DNA of 39,636 bases from a virus (taxonomy: Duplodnaviria; Caudoviricetes). Both the position numbers and the translations under genes were made by a program. Under the pieces are notes generated by a model. That model was not told the origin of the DNA. It did not search any database and saw only the letters and a list, made by a program, of their open reading frames with translations. Location of the stretch: the IMG/VR virus record IMGVR_UViG_3300037991_006664, positions 1 through 39,636 of that record. One strand, given 5' to 3'. Below, piece by piece: positions 18,440 through 27,990 of the stretch; positions within the stretch are counted from its first letter, which is position 1, and each line of letters begins with the position of its first letter.

Positions 18440-19355
18440 TTTTATTATATTCGTTTAGTAAACAATAGTATTTTCCTTTATAATCATAAAAACCTATTTT
18501 ATCTATTTTTTTAGGTAAATTATAAAGTGTTTCTTTAGGTTCTAATTTTATAATTTCATCGTTTATTTTAAAATCAATAGGTTTATCTTCTTTAAAGTAT
18601 CTAGATAGAAATTTTGGGTTATCACTTTTTTCAAAAAATATTCTAAATAAATCATTATATGTATTTTGGTTAAAAATATTAGGTGTACCAAAATCAATTT
18701 TATCTTTTATAACTTCATCAAAAACCTTATAATTAAAACGACTTAATAATACCCTCCAATAATCTTCAGCAGTTGGAAATACTGCCCAAATTGAATCTTT
18801 TCTAATTTTTACATAATCTTCTAATTTAAAAGTAGGTAATAAATTTTTAAATTGTTCCTTTTCAATTATGCTAAAAACTAAACTAGGCCATCTTTCATCT
18901 TCATTTGAATCTTGAACTTTAGATGCTATAAAATTATGACTTGGATTTAATAATTCTTGAAGGATGCCTTTAGTTAAAACAATATCATAATTAATAAAAC
19001 TAAAATAATCATAATTTAAATTAAGTATAAATTTACCAGATTTAATATATTGATTAAATACTGTCCAACCATAATCTGACATTATAACTTGTAATGAAAT
19101 TTCTTTACCTGGTTTAGATGGATGGTGCCTATGATTCCAGTATCTAAATTGTCTTAATGGGGGTGAAAGTATAGGATTATTTTTATCATAAATAAAATAT
19201 TCTGCTTTTTGTTGTATTTCTAAAGGGATAGGTATATGAGATACTAATAACACATGATGACCATTTTGTTTTAATAAATTAATATTATCTACTAATACTT
19301 TTTGTTTTTTTTCAGTATCACAATGACATGTTAATATTACTAAATTATTTATCAT
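18405..19355 (-). CDS. Putative glycosyltransferase-like protein, paralog of 17348..18439
   Basis: 316 aa with HCDTEKKQKVL, SHIP, YDKNNPI, DYG and FINYDIV. Overlaps both neighbours in the sugar operon. Confidence 0.5.
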   Translation of the reverse strand: MINNLVILTCHCDTEKKQKVLVDNINLLKQNGHHVLLVSHIPIPLEIQQKAEYFIYDKNNPILSPPLRQFRYWNHRHHPSKPGKEISLQVIMSDYGWTVFNQYIKSGKFILNLNYDYFSFINYDIVLTKGILQELLNPSHNFIASKVQDSNEDERWPSLVFSIIEKEQFKNLLPTFKLEDYVKIRKDSIWAVFPTAEDYWRVLLSRFNYKVFDEVIKDKIDFGTPNIFNQNTYNDLFRIFFEKSDNPKFLSRYFKEDKPIDFKINDEIIKLEPKETLYNLPKKIDKIGFYDYKGKYYCLLNEYNKSDNQTISEKEA

Positions 19356-22300
19356 AGCATGCTATATATTTTGTTGTATCTAAACTTTTAGTGTATTGAG
19401 TTATACTTTCATATTCTATATAATTAGTATCACTATTACTTTTAAACCAATCTCCATTTTTATCTTTTAATTGATTAATTATTTCTTGTTCAGATTTATA
19501 TAATTTTAGTAATTCTAATTTCTTTTTTAAAATATCTTTAGGTAATTTATTTGTATCTTTTCCAAATACACAAAACTTTTTACTTAATTTTTTTATAGTT
19601 TCGAATAACCTTTTATGTTTAGGATGACCATATTCTCCTATTGGGTTATGAGTTACAATTTTTTTCCACTCTTTAGATAATAAATTTTTAAAGGGTTCTA
19701 AATCATATGTTGAAGTTTCGTCTTTACTAGTTTCATAATCTTCTAATGAATCTTGGAAATCCCACATTTCATAGGACCCTACATTAAGTTTTTCCATTAC
19801 AGTTTTAAACTCATTACTTCTAATTTTATTATTTTTATTAGTAATACAAACTACTTTATATTCAGGACCATATTTTATCAATTCAGCACCACCAAATATT
19901 AATTCATCATCAGGATGAGCTACTATCATTAATTTATCTGTTTGATAATCTTTAAAGGCATTACTTAGAGTTTCGGCATTTTTAGGTAATACTGATGGGT
20001 CTGGCCCATGAATAAAAATTGGTTTATTGTCACCTGTGGTATACATAACATCAAACCCTTGTTTTAAAAAATAACTATTTACTTTTATTTCATTTTCACT
20101 GCTATAATAATTGTTCCAAGTTACAGGTAATGTATTATAGTTTTTACCTGATCCCCATAATATATTATTTGCTACTCTTTCTTCTGAGAATGCGTTATCA
20201 TCTACCCATATTTTTATATTTTGGTTATCTAATTCTTCGTTCCATTTTAAACAATCTTCAAAAAACTTTTTACAGTTATCATTGTAAAAATAAAATCCAG
20301 TTGCTATAATAGTGTTGTAGGGATTTCTATCTATACCTTTAATAGAAGATAACTCACCTCCGTAATTTCCTGTTAATTTTATATTATTAATTATTCTCCA
20401 TTGATTAATATCACCATGAAAGTATTTCATAAATAAAGGATAATCATCTAAGTTTCTACTAAGTTTAATAGTATTATCAATTTCTTCAGTAACAAATGCA
20501 TCTCCATCTAACCAAGCATAGTTTTCATATCCTTCTTCTAATGAATCTATACTAGCTAAATATTTAGCAAAATATAATGAATAATCTTTATCAAATAAAT
20601 CCTGTTCTCTTTGGGGTGTAAAATTAGGTTTTTTAGAAAAATTTACTCTTTTATTAATAACATTTGGTAATTCTATATTAGATTCACAATTAAAACCATA
20701 AACTATTAATTTATATTTAGAATACTTTAATAAACTTTTTGCTAATACCTCAATCATTTTTAAATACCCTTCATCTCCTCCTGTTATCCAAATAAATTCT
20801 TTCTTTTCTACACTCAATAATCTTTTTACAGAATTAAATACCTTATTAACTGATAAAGATTTCATACAAATGTGTTGTAATTTTGTACCCTTGTGTTCTG
20901 GGCACCAATCCCAATCTCCTGCATCAAAAACATATTCTGGTTTTACCCAACAATCATGACATACTGATTTATTTTCTATTTTAGTTAGATTATTAGCAAA
21001 TTCATACCCTTTAGGTATAAAATTATTAATCATTAAAGTGTGTTTATTTAAAGCCCAATTAGTCCAAGATAAACCAGAACCTAAACCTATAAATAAGTCT
21101 GCGTGGTGAAGGTAATTCCATGTACTAGGCCAACTTAAATCTTTAGGGGTAATTATATGCTCACCCTCAAATCCCTCATATGATAAATTAATAATTTTAT
21201 AACCTAAATTATGTAATTTTTTAGCTAATTCTCTCCATTTTTCATAAGGCCATTCTTTTAATCCTGATGTTGATCTAGGGCCTATACAAATGTATTTTTC
21301 TTTTATTGGTCTTTTTTTAGGTTTAAAATTAACACCATAATTAATTTCTTTATAAGGTAAACCTAATATATCAGTAGCACATTGAATTAAGGGCACAGTA
21401 TTTGGTTGTATTTTATTACTATGACCATTATCCCATTTATCTCTTTTTTTAAACCATCCTATCTTATAATGGGCATAGGATTGAAATGGTGTATCTGGTT
21501 TTATAAATTCTATGTTTTTATATGATTCTAATCCTTCAAACCATTCGTTATGAAATGAACTTACTATTACATCACATTTGTAGGTATTTTTAAATTCTAT
21601 TACTTGAGGCATCCAAGCTAATGTATCTCCTATTGATTTAGAATCAAATGATATTTTTACTTTTTTATTAGTTAAATCAAATTTATGAATTATTTTTCCA
21701 TTTACCTTAATAATCCAAGGAATGTAATATGCTTTACTACATTTAGTCCACATTTTATTAGTTATAGTAGCAGAGTGTTCTACTTTTCCAGTTATACCAT
21801 TAATAAATTCAACTTTATACTTTTTACTATGAGATCCAGTAACTTCAACTTTTGGTCCTAAATCAAAATTAATTATAATTTCATTAGGTGGTAGATTATT
21901 TATAAATTCATTTGTAGTATCATATGCTATTTTAGCAGCATTAGCCCATGTAAATTTAGTTCTAATTATTTCAGATTCTTTTAATGCTCTTTTTTTATGT
22001 TTATCATAATTTTCATAAGCATCTCTCATTACCTTTCTTAAATCTTTAAAATCTGGTTCGTAAAATTCTCCACGAATCAAATGTCTATGGAAAGATGAAT
22101 ATTCTCCTCTTTGAGCAGGTTCCATATGACTAATTTTAACTGGTAGTCCTAAGCCTTCTGCAAATTCTAACTGACCACTACAATTAGAGTAAATAGAAGG
22201 GGTACCACAAGCCATAGCTTCTATTAAAGGTAAATTCCATCCTTCAGATCTAGCACATGATAAAAATACATTACCACTTTGAAGATATTTTACATAATCT

Positions 22301-23100
22301 TCTCTACTAGGAAAATGTAGTATTTTTAATCTAGGATCATCTAATTTATAATGTTTTAATCTTTCTTCTGTGTTTTTTAACCCATCCTTAGCATAAAAAT
22401 TATCTATAGATAATATTAAATCAACTGGTTCATCTGGGTTAAATTCATCTAAAAATGCCTCTACTAATTCTCTAGTTGATTTTCTATAATCCCATCTTCC
22501 AAAATGCATAAATTTAAATCTTCCATCATCAAAATCAGGTAATTTTACTTTTGGATCAGGTTTAAATAAATTTCCATCTACTGCCTCAGGTACTACTTTA
22601 ACTTTTTCAGGTTTTGCTCCTTGTTCAATAGCACATTGCCTTTGCCATTTAGATGCTACCCATAGCTGATCAAATGTATTCCATAAATTAAAGAAGTTTT
22701 CGTCCATTCTAGTAGATTCCCAAACTAAATAACCTATTTTAGGACCTTTATAAACACTATGATAAAAATGATGGTTACATTCATTTAATATAATATTAAC
22801 ATTATGGTCAAACTCATTTGGATATTGAGTATACATTTCATAATCTAATAAATGTTTAGTAGCATCCTGATGTTGCCATAATGCTTGATAATTTAATAAT
22901 TTTTTATCTGTGTCAGTTAGGTATTTTTCACCATTATGAGGTTCATCATTCATACCCTTCCAAGATTTTGGATTAATTGAAAAGTTTCTAATTTTTAGGG
23001 GAGCTAATTTTTGAAGTTCATGTGCTAAATTTTGAGCATGATTATTATAACCTCCTTGGCCTATATAGCTAGTATGAAAGAATATTTTTGGTTTGGGCAT
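19345..23100 (-). CDS. Four-domain enzyme: GT4 + Aah/TibC-type protein heptosyltransferase-like + GT-A-like + PIG-L/LmbE deacetylase
   Basis: 1251 aa. GT4: GRWDYRK, SEGWNLPLIEAMACG. Aah/TibC-like: SIGDTLAW, KEWP, FIGLGSGLSW, CHDCW...WCPEHKGT...CMKSL. GT-A-like: WLDGD. Deacetylase: IVAHPDDE, THNPIGEYGHPKH. Confidence 0.85.
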   Translation of the reverse strand: MPKPKIFFHTSYIGQGGYNNHAQNLAHELQKLAPLKIRNFSINPKSWKGMNDEPHNGEKYLTDTDKKLLNYQALWQHQDATKHLLDYEMYTQYPNEFDHNVNIILNECNHHFYHSVYKGPKIGYLVWESTRMDENFFNLWNTFDQLWVASKWQRQCAIEQGAKPEKVKVVPEAVDGNLFKPDPKVKLPDFDDGRFKFMHFGRWDYRKSTRELVEAFLDEFNPDEPVDLILSIDNFYAKDGLKNTEERLKHYKLDDPRLKILHFPSREDYVKYLQSGNVFLSCARSEGWNLPLIEAMACGTPSIYSNCSGQLEFAEGLGLPVKISHMEPAQRGEYSSFHRHLIRGEFYEPDFKDLRKVMRDAYENYDKHKKRALKESEIIRTKFTWANAAKIAYDTTNEFINNLPPNEIIINFDLGPKVEVTGSHSKKYKVEFINGITGKVEHSATITNKMWTKCSKAYYIPWIIKVNGKIIHKFDLTNKKVKISFDSKSIGDTLAWMPQVIEFKNTYKCDVIVSSFHNEWFEGLESYKNIEFIKPDTPFQSYAHYKIGWFKKRDKWDNGHSNKIQPNTVPLIQCATDILGLPYKEINYGVNFKPKKRPIKEKYICIGPRSTSGLKEWPYEKWRELAKKLHNLGYKIINLSYEGFEGEHIITPKDLSWPSTWNYLHHADLFIGLGSGLSWTNWALNKHTLMINNFIPKGYEFANNLTKIENKSVCHDCWVKPEYVFDAGDWDWCPEHKGTKLQHICMKSLSVNKVFNSVKRLLSVEKKEFIWITGGDEGYLKMIEVLAKSLLKYSKYKLIVYGFNCESNIELPNVINKRVNFSKKPNFTPQREQDLFDKDYSLYFAKYLASIDSLEEGYENYAWLDGDAFVTEEIDNTIKLSRNLDDYPLFMKYFHGDINQWRIINNIKLTGNYGGELSSIKGIDRNPYNTIIATGFYFYNDNCKKFFEDCLKWNEELDNQNIKIWVDDNAFSEERVANNILWGSGKNYNTLPVTWNNYYSSENEIKVNSYFLKQGFDVMYTTGDNKPIFIHGPDPSVLPKNAETLSNAFKDYQTDKLMIVAHPDDELIFGGAELIKYGPEYKVVCITNKNNKIRSNEFKTVMEKLNVGSYEMWDFQDSLEDYETSKDETSTYDLEPFKNLLSKEWKKIVTHNPIGEYGHPKHKRLFETIKKLSKKFCVFGKDTNKLPKDILKKKLELLKLYKSEQEIINQLKDKNGDWFKSNSDTNYIEYESITQYTKSLDTTKYIACYDK

Positions 23101-23124
23101 GAATAAAACTAATCTAAGTTGACA

Positions 23125-23156
23125 TTAATATAATAAAAACTATTTAAATTTCCAAG
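23125..23156 (-). promoter_or_regulatory. Putative host-sigma (Bacteroidota-type) promoter of the sugar operon
   Basis: Minus strand CTTG-N20-TATATTAA. No late motif is present in this intergenic gap. Confidence 0.6.
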
Positions 23157-23165
23157 AATTTTACA

Positions 23166-24107
23166 TTATTCTCTTGTAATAGAACCATCAGGATTAACAT
23201 TAGAATTTGGTCCTAATACATCACTAGCTGATGGATTTGAATCTTCAGTTACTACCTCATTAGTAATATTAATAATTGATCTTGAATTCCATTTTTTAAT
23301 TGAATTAAGATCTTTCTGTATTGTATCAGGTATAATATATCCTCTTAATCTTATATTAAAATTACCTTTTACTAATCTATCATTACCTGCTGTTAATTCT
23401 GTTGTAGATGTAAATGAATCTATAAATGCTCTAAATTGATATCTTTCAGGATTACCCCAATATGAATCAGAAGCATATTCCATTTGTTCAATTAATTTAT
23501 TTAATTGTTCCATATAATACGTTTGCATCAGGCAACTATAATTAAGAGTTACAAAGTCAGGTACTGCTACGGCCTCATACTGTTTAACGGGTTTTTTATT
23601 GTTTAATACGTCAAAATTGCTATAAAAATTACCTGGGTAATATTTAGTTTGAAATGAAGAATATAAATTAGGTTGATTTGAATCTAATTTATTATATACC
23701 GTTCTATCTTTTTCTATAGTATCTCTTTTAATAACAATAATAGGTAACATTATAGCTCCTTTTTTATCTCTATAATAACCATCTCTTTGAAATGAAACCC
23801 ATCTTTCTGGTGCAGCATATATTATAGGTACTTCTCTTCTATTACCATTTTGATACACAAAAGGTTGTATTATATTATTAAAATAATAAAAAACAGCTTC
23901 ATCTATATCTTTAATACCAATAGAAAAGGGTTTTTCAGTACTATCTCTAAAGCTGACTTTTTCTGCTCTGTTAAATGTAATTCCAGTTTGTTGTTCTAAC
24001 GGTACATTTTGAGTATTAGGATTACCTATTGAAGTATCAAAAGCTTTTTGTTGAGCTTCACTTAATCTCCTTTGAGTTGTTGGTATGGGTTTTCTAATTT
24101 TGGACAT
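23166..24107 (-). CDS. Tail terminator / completion protein (T4 gp15-like)
   Basis: 313 aa with VPIIYAAPERW...LPII...PDFVTLNY...EQLNKLIEQ, third of the neck genes. Confidence 0.7.
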   Translation of the reverse strand: MSKIRKPIPTTQRRLSEAQQKAFDTSIGNPNTQNVPLEQQTGITFNRAEKVSFRDSTEKPFSIGIKDIDEAVFYYFNNIIQPFVYQNGNRREVPIIYAAPERWVSFQRDGYYRDKKGAIMLPIIVIKRDTIEKDRTVYNKLDSNQPNLYSSFQTKYYPGNFYSNFDVLNNKKPVKQYEAVAVPDFVTLNYSCLMQTYYMEQLNKLIEQMEYASDSYWGNPERYQFRAFIDSFTSTTELTAGNDRLVKGNFNIRLRGYIIPDTIQKDLNSIKKWNSRSIINITNEVVTEDSNPSASDVLGPNSNVNPDGSITRE

Positions 24108-24622
24108 TAAAATCTTTCTTTATAAGGTGAAATTGCTACTTTATCTGCTGGTATGTAGTAACATTCACATAGTGTTGATATATTAGCTCCAAAATCACCT
24201 AATCCTGGGTTTAATGGGTTTGGCTCATTTGGATATGTTGGATTTTTTCCACTCCAATATTGATTATTTACTGTACTATGTACCCCATAATAACCTTCTT
24301 GATATAAAATTATATCACCAATTTCAGCTTCAACTTGAGCATCTTTTAAATCTTGTCTAAAGAAATAAAAATTAATTCTTTGATTAAAGAATATTCCTTC
24401 TTCTGTTTCTCCATATTGTTGAGGATCTCTATCAATTAAACAATTAAATATAAAAGGACCATCATAAAATTTTTCACCAGCTGATTCACCATATAGATTT
24501 ACTTTAGTTTCTTCTAATTTATATTTATAGAAAGATGCCTGTTGAGTAATAACATTACCCAATAACTCTCGGTTTAGTTTATTAACTAAACTTACATCCC
24601 TACTTCTAGCGAACATTGCCAT
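24107..24622 (-). CDS. Head closure / neck protein (T4 gp14-like)
   Basis: 171 aa with NLYGES..K.Y and EIGDII, plus synteny. Confidence 0.7.
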   Translation of the reverse strand: MAMFARSRDVSLVNKLNRELLGNVITQQASFYKYKLEETKVNLYGESAGEKFYDGPFIFNCLIDRDPQQYGETEEGIFFNQRINFYFFRQDLKDAQVEAEIGDIILYQEGYYGVHSTVNNQYWSGKNPTYPNEPNPLNPGLGDFGANISTLCECYYIPADKVAISPYKERF

Positions 24623-24623
24623 A

Positions 24624-25772
24624 TTATCCTATATAAATTGTATAAGGCACCATTGATGTTTCAATCATAACTGCTTCAGCTTCTTTAGCCCTTCTATCTA
24701 GGGATCCTAATCTTGAAGTTTCATCAAAGTACGCTCTTAATCTTTCTAATAATGCTGTTTTTTCTGCTGTCGCAGCTGCAATTAAATCTGCTTGATTTAA
24801 TGTCATATCTGCATTTGGTATTGGAATAGTACTATATTTACCTCTTACATATCCTAACATTTCTTTAGCTATAGCTAATGTCATTTCAAAAATCCATTGT
24901 CTTCCAATAGGATTTATTTCGTCATAATTTGGATTACCATAAGGAACATTAGATACATTATTAACTACTCCTGGTATTATCATTGAAGAGCTTTCTACTC
25001 TTTCATCTCTATTAATGTATTCAAAAAATAAATTACCACTTGAAGTAACAGGTATTGGGAATATTCTAATTTTATTATCATGAATTTCAAAACTGTAATT
25101 AGATCTCCTAACCATTTCACTCATTTCTATTTGTTGAATTACTCCTAAATCATAATTTAGGGGCATCATTAAGAAATTAATTGCAGGACTATCTCCACCA
25201 AAACCAAACGAATCAAATAAATTCATAGTACCAAATCCAGACCCAACATATGGATCATAATATCTAGTAATCGCTGGTGATTCTTGATAAAATACTCTCA
25301 TTACTTCAATACCTAAAGAACTTGTTATGCCTTGGCTTGTAGCCCAAGATTTTAAATCATAGTCCTGAACACTATTAGTTAATGGGATTTTACCTGTATG
25401 CCACGGTATATTACCGCCTACCCCTGCTTCTGAACCATATTGCTGAGTTAGTATAAATATTGGTTCAAAACTTGGAGTTATTATTGCATGGTTTTGGTTA
25501 GATGATGTTGGTAACCCTTCAAAAGTTAAAATGTTATCTCTAATTTTATAAGCATACAATTCATTTCCATATATTGTTATAGCTTCTTCAAAAGCAGTAT
25601 AAAAAGATCCAGATTGTAATTCAATATCTACTAAAGGATAACCCATTCTGTTAGCACAGAATTTAGATACTCTATCAGCATCTATTTGAAATGCTTCTTG
25701 ATAATCATAAAATCCAAAAGGGGTTTGCCCTGGTTGGAACGAAGAACTACCTTCCCAAATTGGTACATTCAT
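24624..25772 (-). CDS. Head-tail adaptor / neck protein (T4 gp13-like)
   Basis: 382 aa with MGYPLVDIEL, WIFEMTLAIAKEMLGYVRGKY and TLNQADL. Confidence 0.8.
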   Translation of the reverse strand: MNVPIWEGSSSFQPGQTPFGFYDYQEAFQIDADRVSKFCANRMGYPLVDIELQSGSFYTAFEEAITIYGNELYAYKIRDNILTFEGLPTSSNQNHAIITPSFEPIFILTQQYGSEAGVGGNIPWHTGKIPLTNSVQDYDLKSWATSQGITSSLGIEVMRVFYQESPAITRYYDPYVGSGFGTMNLFDSFGFGGDSPAINFLMMPLNYDLGVIQQIEMSEMVRRSNYSFEIHDNKIRIFPIPVTSSGNLFFEYINRDERVESSSMIIPGVVNNVSNVPYGNPNYDEINPIGRQWIFEMTLAIAKEMLGYVRGKYSTIPIPNADMTLNQADLIAAATAEKTALLERLRAYFDETSRLGSLDRRAKEAEAVMIETSMVPYTIYIG

Positions 25773-25784
25773 AAATTATTATTT

Positions 25785-26225
25785 TTAATTACACACTAAA
25801 AAATATTCTACATTTCCTACACTACCTGAAGGATGGGCTTTAACTGATGTTATATGTCCATACTTATTGTAATTTGCATCTTCAACTACAATACTTCCTG
25901 TAAATTCTGCTGATGATAGCAAAAATGAACCTTGTGGTTTTAAATCAAAATTTGCTACTTCTGTTGATGCAGATTCTAACATTAAATTTATAGAATGAGT
26001 AGTGTTTAAGTTTGTTACTCTAGCATATTTTAAACTACTAGTTACAAACTGACCTGCTCCTACTACATTAGATAAATCAAATAATGTACTTTCTGAGCCT
26101 GAAGGTATTCTTAAAACTCTATTATCTGAATATGAAACATTTTTAATAGTAATATTTAAATCACCTCCTCTTGGGTTTGAATCTGTAAAAAGTCTTTCTC
26201 GTATTAAAAGGTTAAAATCGGCCAT
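25785..26225 (-). CDS. Hypothetical beta-rich structural protein
   Basis: 146 aa, Ser/Thr-rich, directly after the capsid gene and preceded by two late motifs. Confidence 0.6.
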   Translation of the reverse strand: MADFNLLIRERLFTDSNPRGGDLNITIKNVSYSDNRVLRIPSGSESTLFDLSNVVGAGQFVTSSLKYARVTNLNTTHSINLMLESASTEVANFDLKPQGSFLLSSAEFTGSIVVEDANYNKYGHITSVKAHPSGSVGNVEYFLVCN

Positions 26226-26234
26226 TATTATTTT

Positions 26235-26274
26235 TTATTATAAATATTAGAGATATTTTTATTATTATAAATAT
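26235..26274 (-). promoter_or_regulatory. Two tandem putative late promoters
   Basis: ATATTTATAATAA at 26235-26247 and 26262-26274. Confidence 0.7.
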
Positions 26275-26275
26275 G

Positions 26276-26302
26276 AAAAAAAAGCCCCGCTAATGCGGGG
26301 CT
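26276..26302 (-). terminator. Rho-independent terminator after major capsid gene
   Basis: Perfect stem AGCCCCGC-ATTA-GCGGGGCT followed by a T run on the minus strand. Confidence 0.9.
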
Positions 26303-26336
26303 AATTTTTTGACTGTTATCTTAAATCAATTACTTA

Positions 26337-27965
26337 TTATAAAGTATTTAATCCAGCGATATCAATCACACCATAGAATTCTGGTCTTACGATTTTCTTA
26401 GCATATCTTGTAAGTAATCCTTTTCTAGGCGTGAACGTAGATGGATCATATACTAATGGAGTCATAATTAACGGAATATATGGAGCGAATACAGCACCAC
26501 ACTCAAGGAATTGAGATCCTCTAAATCCTACTAACATTTGGTTTGTAGTCATGTAAGGGTTTTTGTAGACTTTATATCTACCATTTAAACTTCCTACTTT
26601 TTGTACACCAAACGCGTAAGTAGCTTTAGCAGCATCACCATCAGAATCAGCAGCAAATCCTGGAATTGATTCTAGGATAGTACCAACAATTGGAGAACAT
26701 ACTAAGAAATTAGCACCTCCTCTAAGAGTTTTCTGGTGAATGATATTACTCAATTTTTGGATTTTAGTTCCTAAAGTTTGGAACCATTGTCCTTGAGAGT
26801 TATAGAATCCTAAGTCTGAAGTTGTAGCTCCAGATAGTGATTCGTTGTTTTTAGCAGACCATACTTCAGTTGAAGCAGCTGATTCAATTAACATACTTAA
26901 GATTTCTAAGTCAATTTCTAATGAAATATACTCACTTAAGATTGAAGTTAATTCAGCTTCAGCATCTAATGCATGATAAGCGTTCAAGTCTTGAGCGAAC
27001 TCAGGCGTCCAAACAGCTTTCAGTTTTCTTGTTTTAGCAACAATAGCTAATGACTTCATTTGTACATTAACTTCAGGAATACTGATAGGGTTATTGTTAT
27101 TGTTTAGACCTAAGTTGCCATCTTCGAAATCACCTCTATACTGATCAGTTGGTTGTAACTGGAAAGAAGCGGTAACACCTGCTCTTGCAGCGTTAGCACC
27201 ACCTGGTAAATCAGTTGCTAATGCAATAAAAGATACATATCTATTTGCACTTGCAGAGTTAAATTGTGGAAGGTTTTCAGCAAAAGTTAATTGTGCTGCT
27301 CCTCCTGAAGATGAAGCAAATCTAAATCCTAATACTCCTTCGAAATCAGCATTTTGACCATCAAAGTCAATTGTGTGTTTTCTATAGTCTCCGAATGAAG
27401 CAGAGTAATTAGAATCATAGTTCATATCTTTCCAAGTTGCTACACTAGGTGCGGCACCTGTAAGAGCTAAACTTTCAGTGTTGTTGATAGAGTAAGTAAA
27501 TCTACCTGGACCATAAAGACCACCAGTAACTGTAGTTTCAAAATCAACTGATCCTGTATTTCCGTATACTGATTGTCCATTAGTAAATGGAGTTTTTTCA
27601 GTACCATAAAGGAAATCCAAGAAGAACACTAGACCAGATGGTAGATTCATTGGTTGTACAGAAACAAATTCTTTAGAAGCAATTTGTCCAAATACTTTTC
27701 TTACCAACGGAAGAGCTACACCTGCCCATTGTCCACCAATACCTGCAGTAAAGTTACCTTGTGAAGCAACACCACCACCTGTTTGTGAACTTTCAACAAC
27801 AAGCTGTTTAGCTTGGTTTTCAAGGATCATAGACATGTTATTTCTGTTTACGTCCTCTAAACCTTCTAATAAGCCTGTTTTTTCCCATTTGTTAGCTAAT
27901 TTAGCTGCGTCACTCTGTAGAGAGTGATATGGGTTTGCGCTTTCTAATAAAGTGTTTAAACTCAT
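26337..27965 (-). CDS. Major capsid protein (T4 gp23-like)
   Basis: 542 aa with VQPMNLPSGLVF, AKTRKLKAVWTPEFAQDL.A.H.LDAEAEL, APYIPL and FTPRKGLLTRY. Confidence 0.97.
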   Translation of the reverse strand: MSLNTLLESANPYHSLQSDAAKLANKWEKTGLLEGLEDVNRNNMSMILENQAKQLVVESSQTGGGVASQGNFTAGIGGQWAGVALPLVRKVFGQIASKEFVSVQPMNLPSGLVFFLDFLYGTEKTPFTNGQSVYGNTGSVDFETTVTGGLYGPGRFTYSINNTESLALTGAAPSVATWKDMNYDSNYSASFGDYRKHTIDFDGQNADFEGVLGFRFASSSGGAAQLTFAENLPQFNSASANRYVSFIALATDLPGGANAARAGVTASFQLQPTDQYRGDFEDGNLGLNNNNNPISIPEVNVQMKSLAIVAKTRKLKAVWTPEFAQDLNAYHALDAEAELTSILSEYISLEIDLEILSMLIESAASTEVWSAKNNESLSGATTSDLGFYNSQGQWFQTLGTKIQKLSNIIHQKTLRGGANFLVCSPIVGTILESIPGFAADSDGDAAKATYAFGVQKVGSLNGRYKVYKNPYMTTNQMLVGFRGSQFLECGAVFAPYIPLIMTPLVYDPSTFTPRKGLLTRYAKKIVRPEFYGVIDIAGLNTL

Positions 27966-27990
27966 TTTCGTGTTTTTAAAAGGTTAAAAA

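Noticed and set aside
14508-23100. Sugar operon as a host chromosomal island or chimeric join
   Set aside because: It is co-oriented and tightly packed with phage genes, a phage late motif lies within its last gene, and no att site or transposase is seen. Read coverage would be needed to exclude this fully.
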